64,000 nt of DNA, taken from an uncultured Verrucomicrobiota bacterium. Lineage in GTDB: Bacteria; Verrucomicrobiota; Verrucomicrobiia; JABWAM01. The position numbers and the translations under genes were made by a program. Each line of letters starts with the position of its first letter. The stretch's first letter is position 1. The stretch covers positions 3,571 to 67,570 of the forward strand of contig CAZZBZ010000005.1 of assembly GCA_964653025.1 (NCBI GenBank), read 5' to 3'. Below are positions 63,275 to 64,000 of this stretch, in pieces. The notes under the pieces were generated by a model, which worked only from the letters and a program-made list of their open reading frames with translations, was not told the DNA's origin and did not search any database.

Positions 63275-64000
63275 TCACGGTGTGGGCGTCTGCTTCTGCC
63301 CGTCGTTTTTCTCACGGGCAATGTCCTTACTCAGGAAGTCCAGCCGGCGCTGCAGATACGCGCGGTCCTCGGCACTCAGGCTGCCGTCGGCTTTCAGACG
63401 CTTCTCCATCGCGGCCAAGCGGGCCTCCTTCTCCGCAAGCGTGTGGGCTTCATGTTTCGTGAGTTCGCCCGACTGGACGCCCTGCTTGATCCTCTGTTCC
63501 TGGTTCGCCTGGCGGGAGTTCACTCCGGGGTCCTTCGTTCCGAGGGGTTTTGGCTCGGCGGGTTTCACGCCGGGCCGGGTCTCGGCATCGTGTTTCTCGG
63601 AGTAGATCTCCTTGCTTGCCGCATTGAGGTCCTGATGCAGGTCCTTCCGCTCATCCTTGGTAAGAACACCGTCGGACTTGTACGCCTTTTCCTCCTGGCG
63701 GATCTCCTTCTGGGTCGTCGCGAGCCCCTGGGCCTCCTCCTTGGTGAGTTGGCCGGAGCGGACGCCCTGGCCGATGCGCCCTTCCTGATTGTGCTCGCGC
63801 CGGTTCACACCGGGATCCTTGGTGCCGGGTCCGCCGGGCCGCATTCCGCCCGAGCCACCAGAACCGCTGGGGCTGCCGGGACCCGCGCCGGTTCGCATGC
63901 CGCTCTGGGCGCCGAGGCCGTCGCCGGCTCCCATTCCTCCGGGACCTCCCGAACGGTTCTGGCCCTGATCGCCGCCGGCCGATTTCTGAGTTCCAGGTCC
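63275..64000 (-). CDS. Gly-rich protein with two tandem ~95-aa helical modules; 5' end may lie outside the window
   Basis: Modules start at GTKDPGVN (aa 37 and 132 of the listed ORF). The frame stays open upstream of the first ATG (63934) to the window edge. Confidence 0.55.
   Translation of the reverse strand, partial: GPGTQKSAGGDQGQNRSGGPGGMGAGDGLGAQSGMRTGAGPGSPSGSGGSGGMRPGGPGTKDPGVNRREHNQEGRIGQGVRSGQLTKEEAQGLATTQKEIRQEEKAYKSDGVLTKDERKDLHQDLNAASKEIYSEKHDAETRPGVKPAEPKPLGTKDPGVNSRQANQEQRIKQGVQSGELTKHEAHTLAEKEARLAAMEKRLKADGSLSAEDRAYLQRRLDFLSKDIAREKNDGQKQTPTP

Overview
By eye this is a GC-rich segment (roughly two-thirds G+C, not computed) of ordinary chromosome from a diderm bacterium. Envelope and LPS genes are prominent: wecB, lspA, kdsA-lptC-lptA-lptB, an LptF/G permease and a TolC-type channel. 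A PVC/Verrucomicrobiota-like origin is only a guess from gene content and repeat style.

I call about 60 CDS and one tRNA-Val(CAC). I saw no rRNA, CRISPR array, transposase, integrase, phage gene or recognisable defence gene. Genes are tightly packed, and many junctions are 4-nt start/stop overlaps (ATGA or GTGA). Many long ORFs in the track are antisense shadows typical of high-GC DNA, and several true starts lie inside the listed ORFs.

Nothing here is an obvious new system. The items most worth a second look are:
- a six-gene signalling operon with three kinases and three regulators (15125-22901);
- an ECF sigma / anti-sigma / HtrA-like module whose protease appears to lack the catalytic His and Asp (31709-33951);
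- a polyprenyl-phosphate-mannose synthase, a methyltransferase and a DUF2723/TMEM260-like GT-C-TPR protein (42068-46851);
- an ABC-MFP-OMF exporter with no visible cargo, transcribed divergently from kdsA across a perfect 29-bp AT-rich palindrome;
- a sugar isomerase / rhamnulokinase-like / methyltransferase operon;
- DNA-level elements not explained by genes: 4x7-nt heptad arrays in AT-rich spacers at several loci, a perfect 24-bp-arm composite palindrome, and a three-hairpin spacer inside the nfeD-nfeD-floA operon.

All functional calls come from motif recognition by eye. No database search was run.
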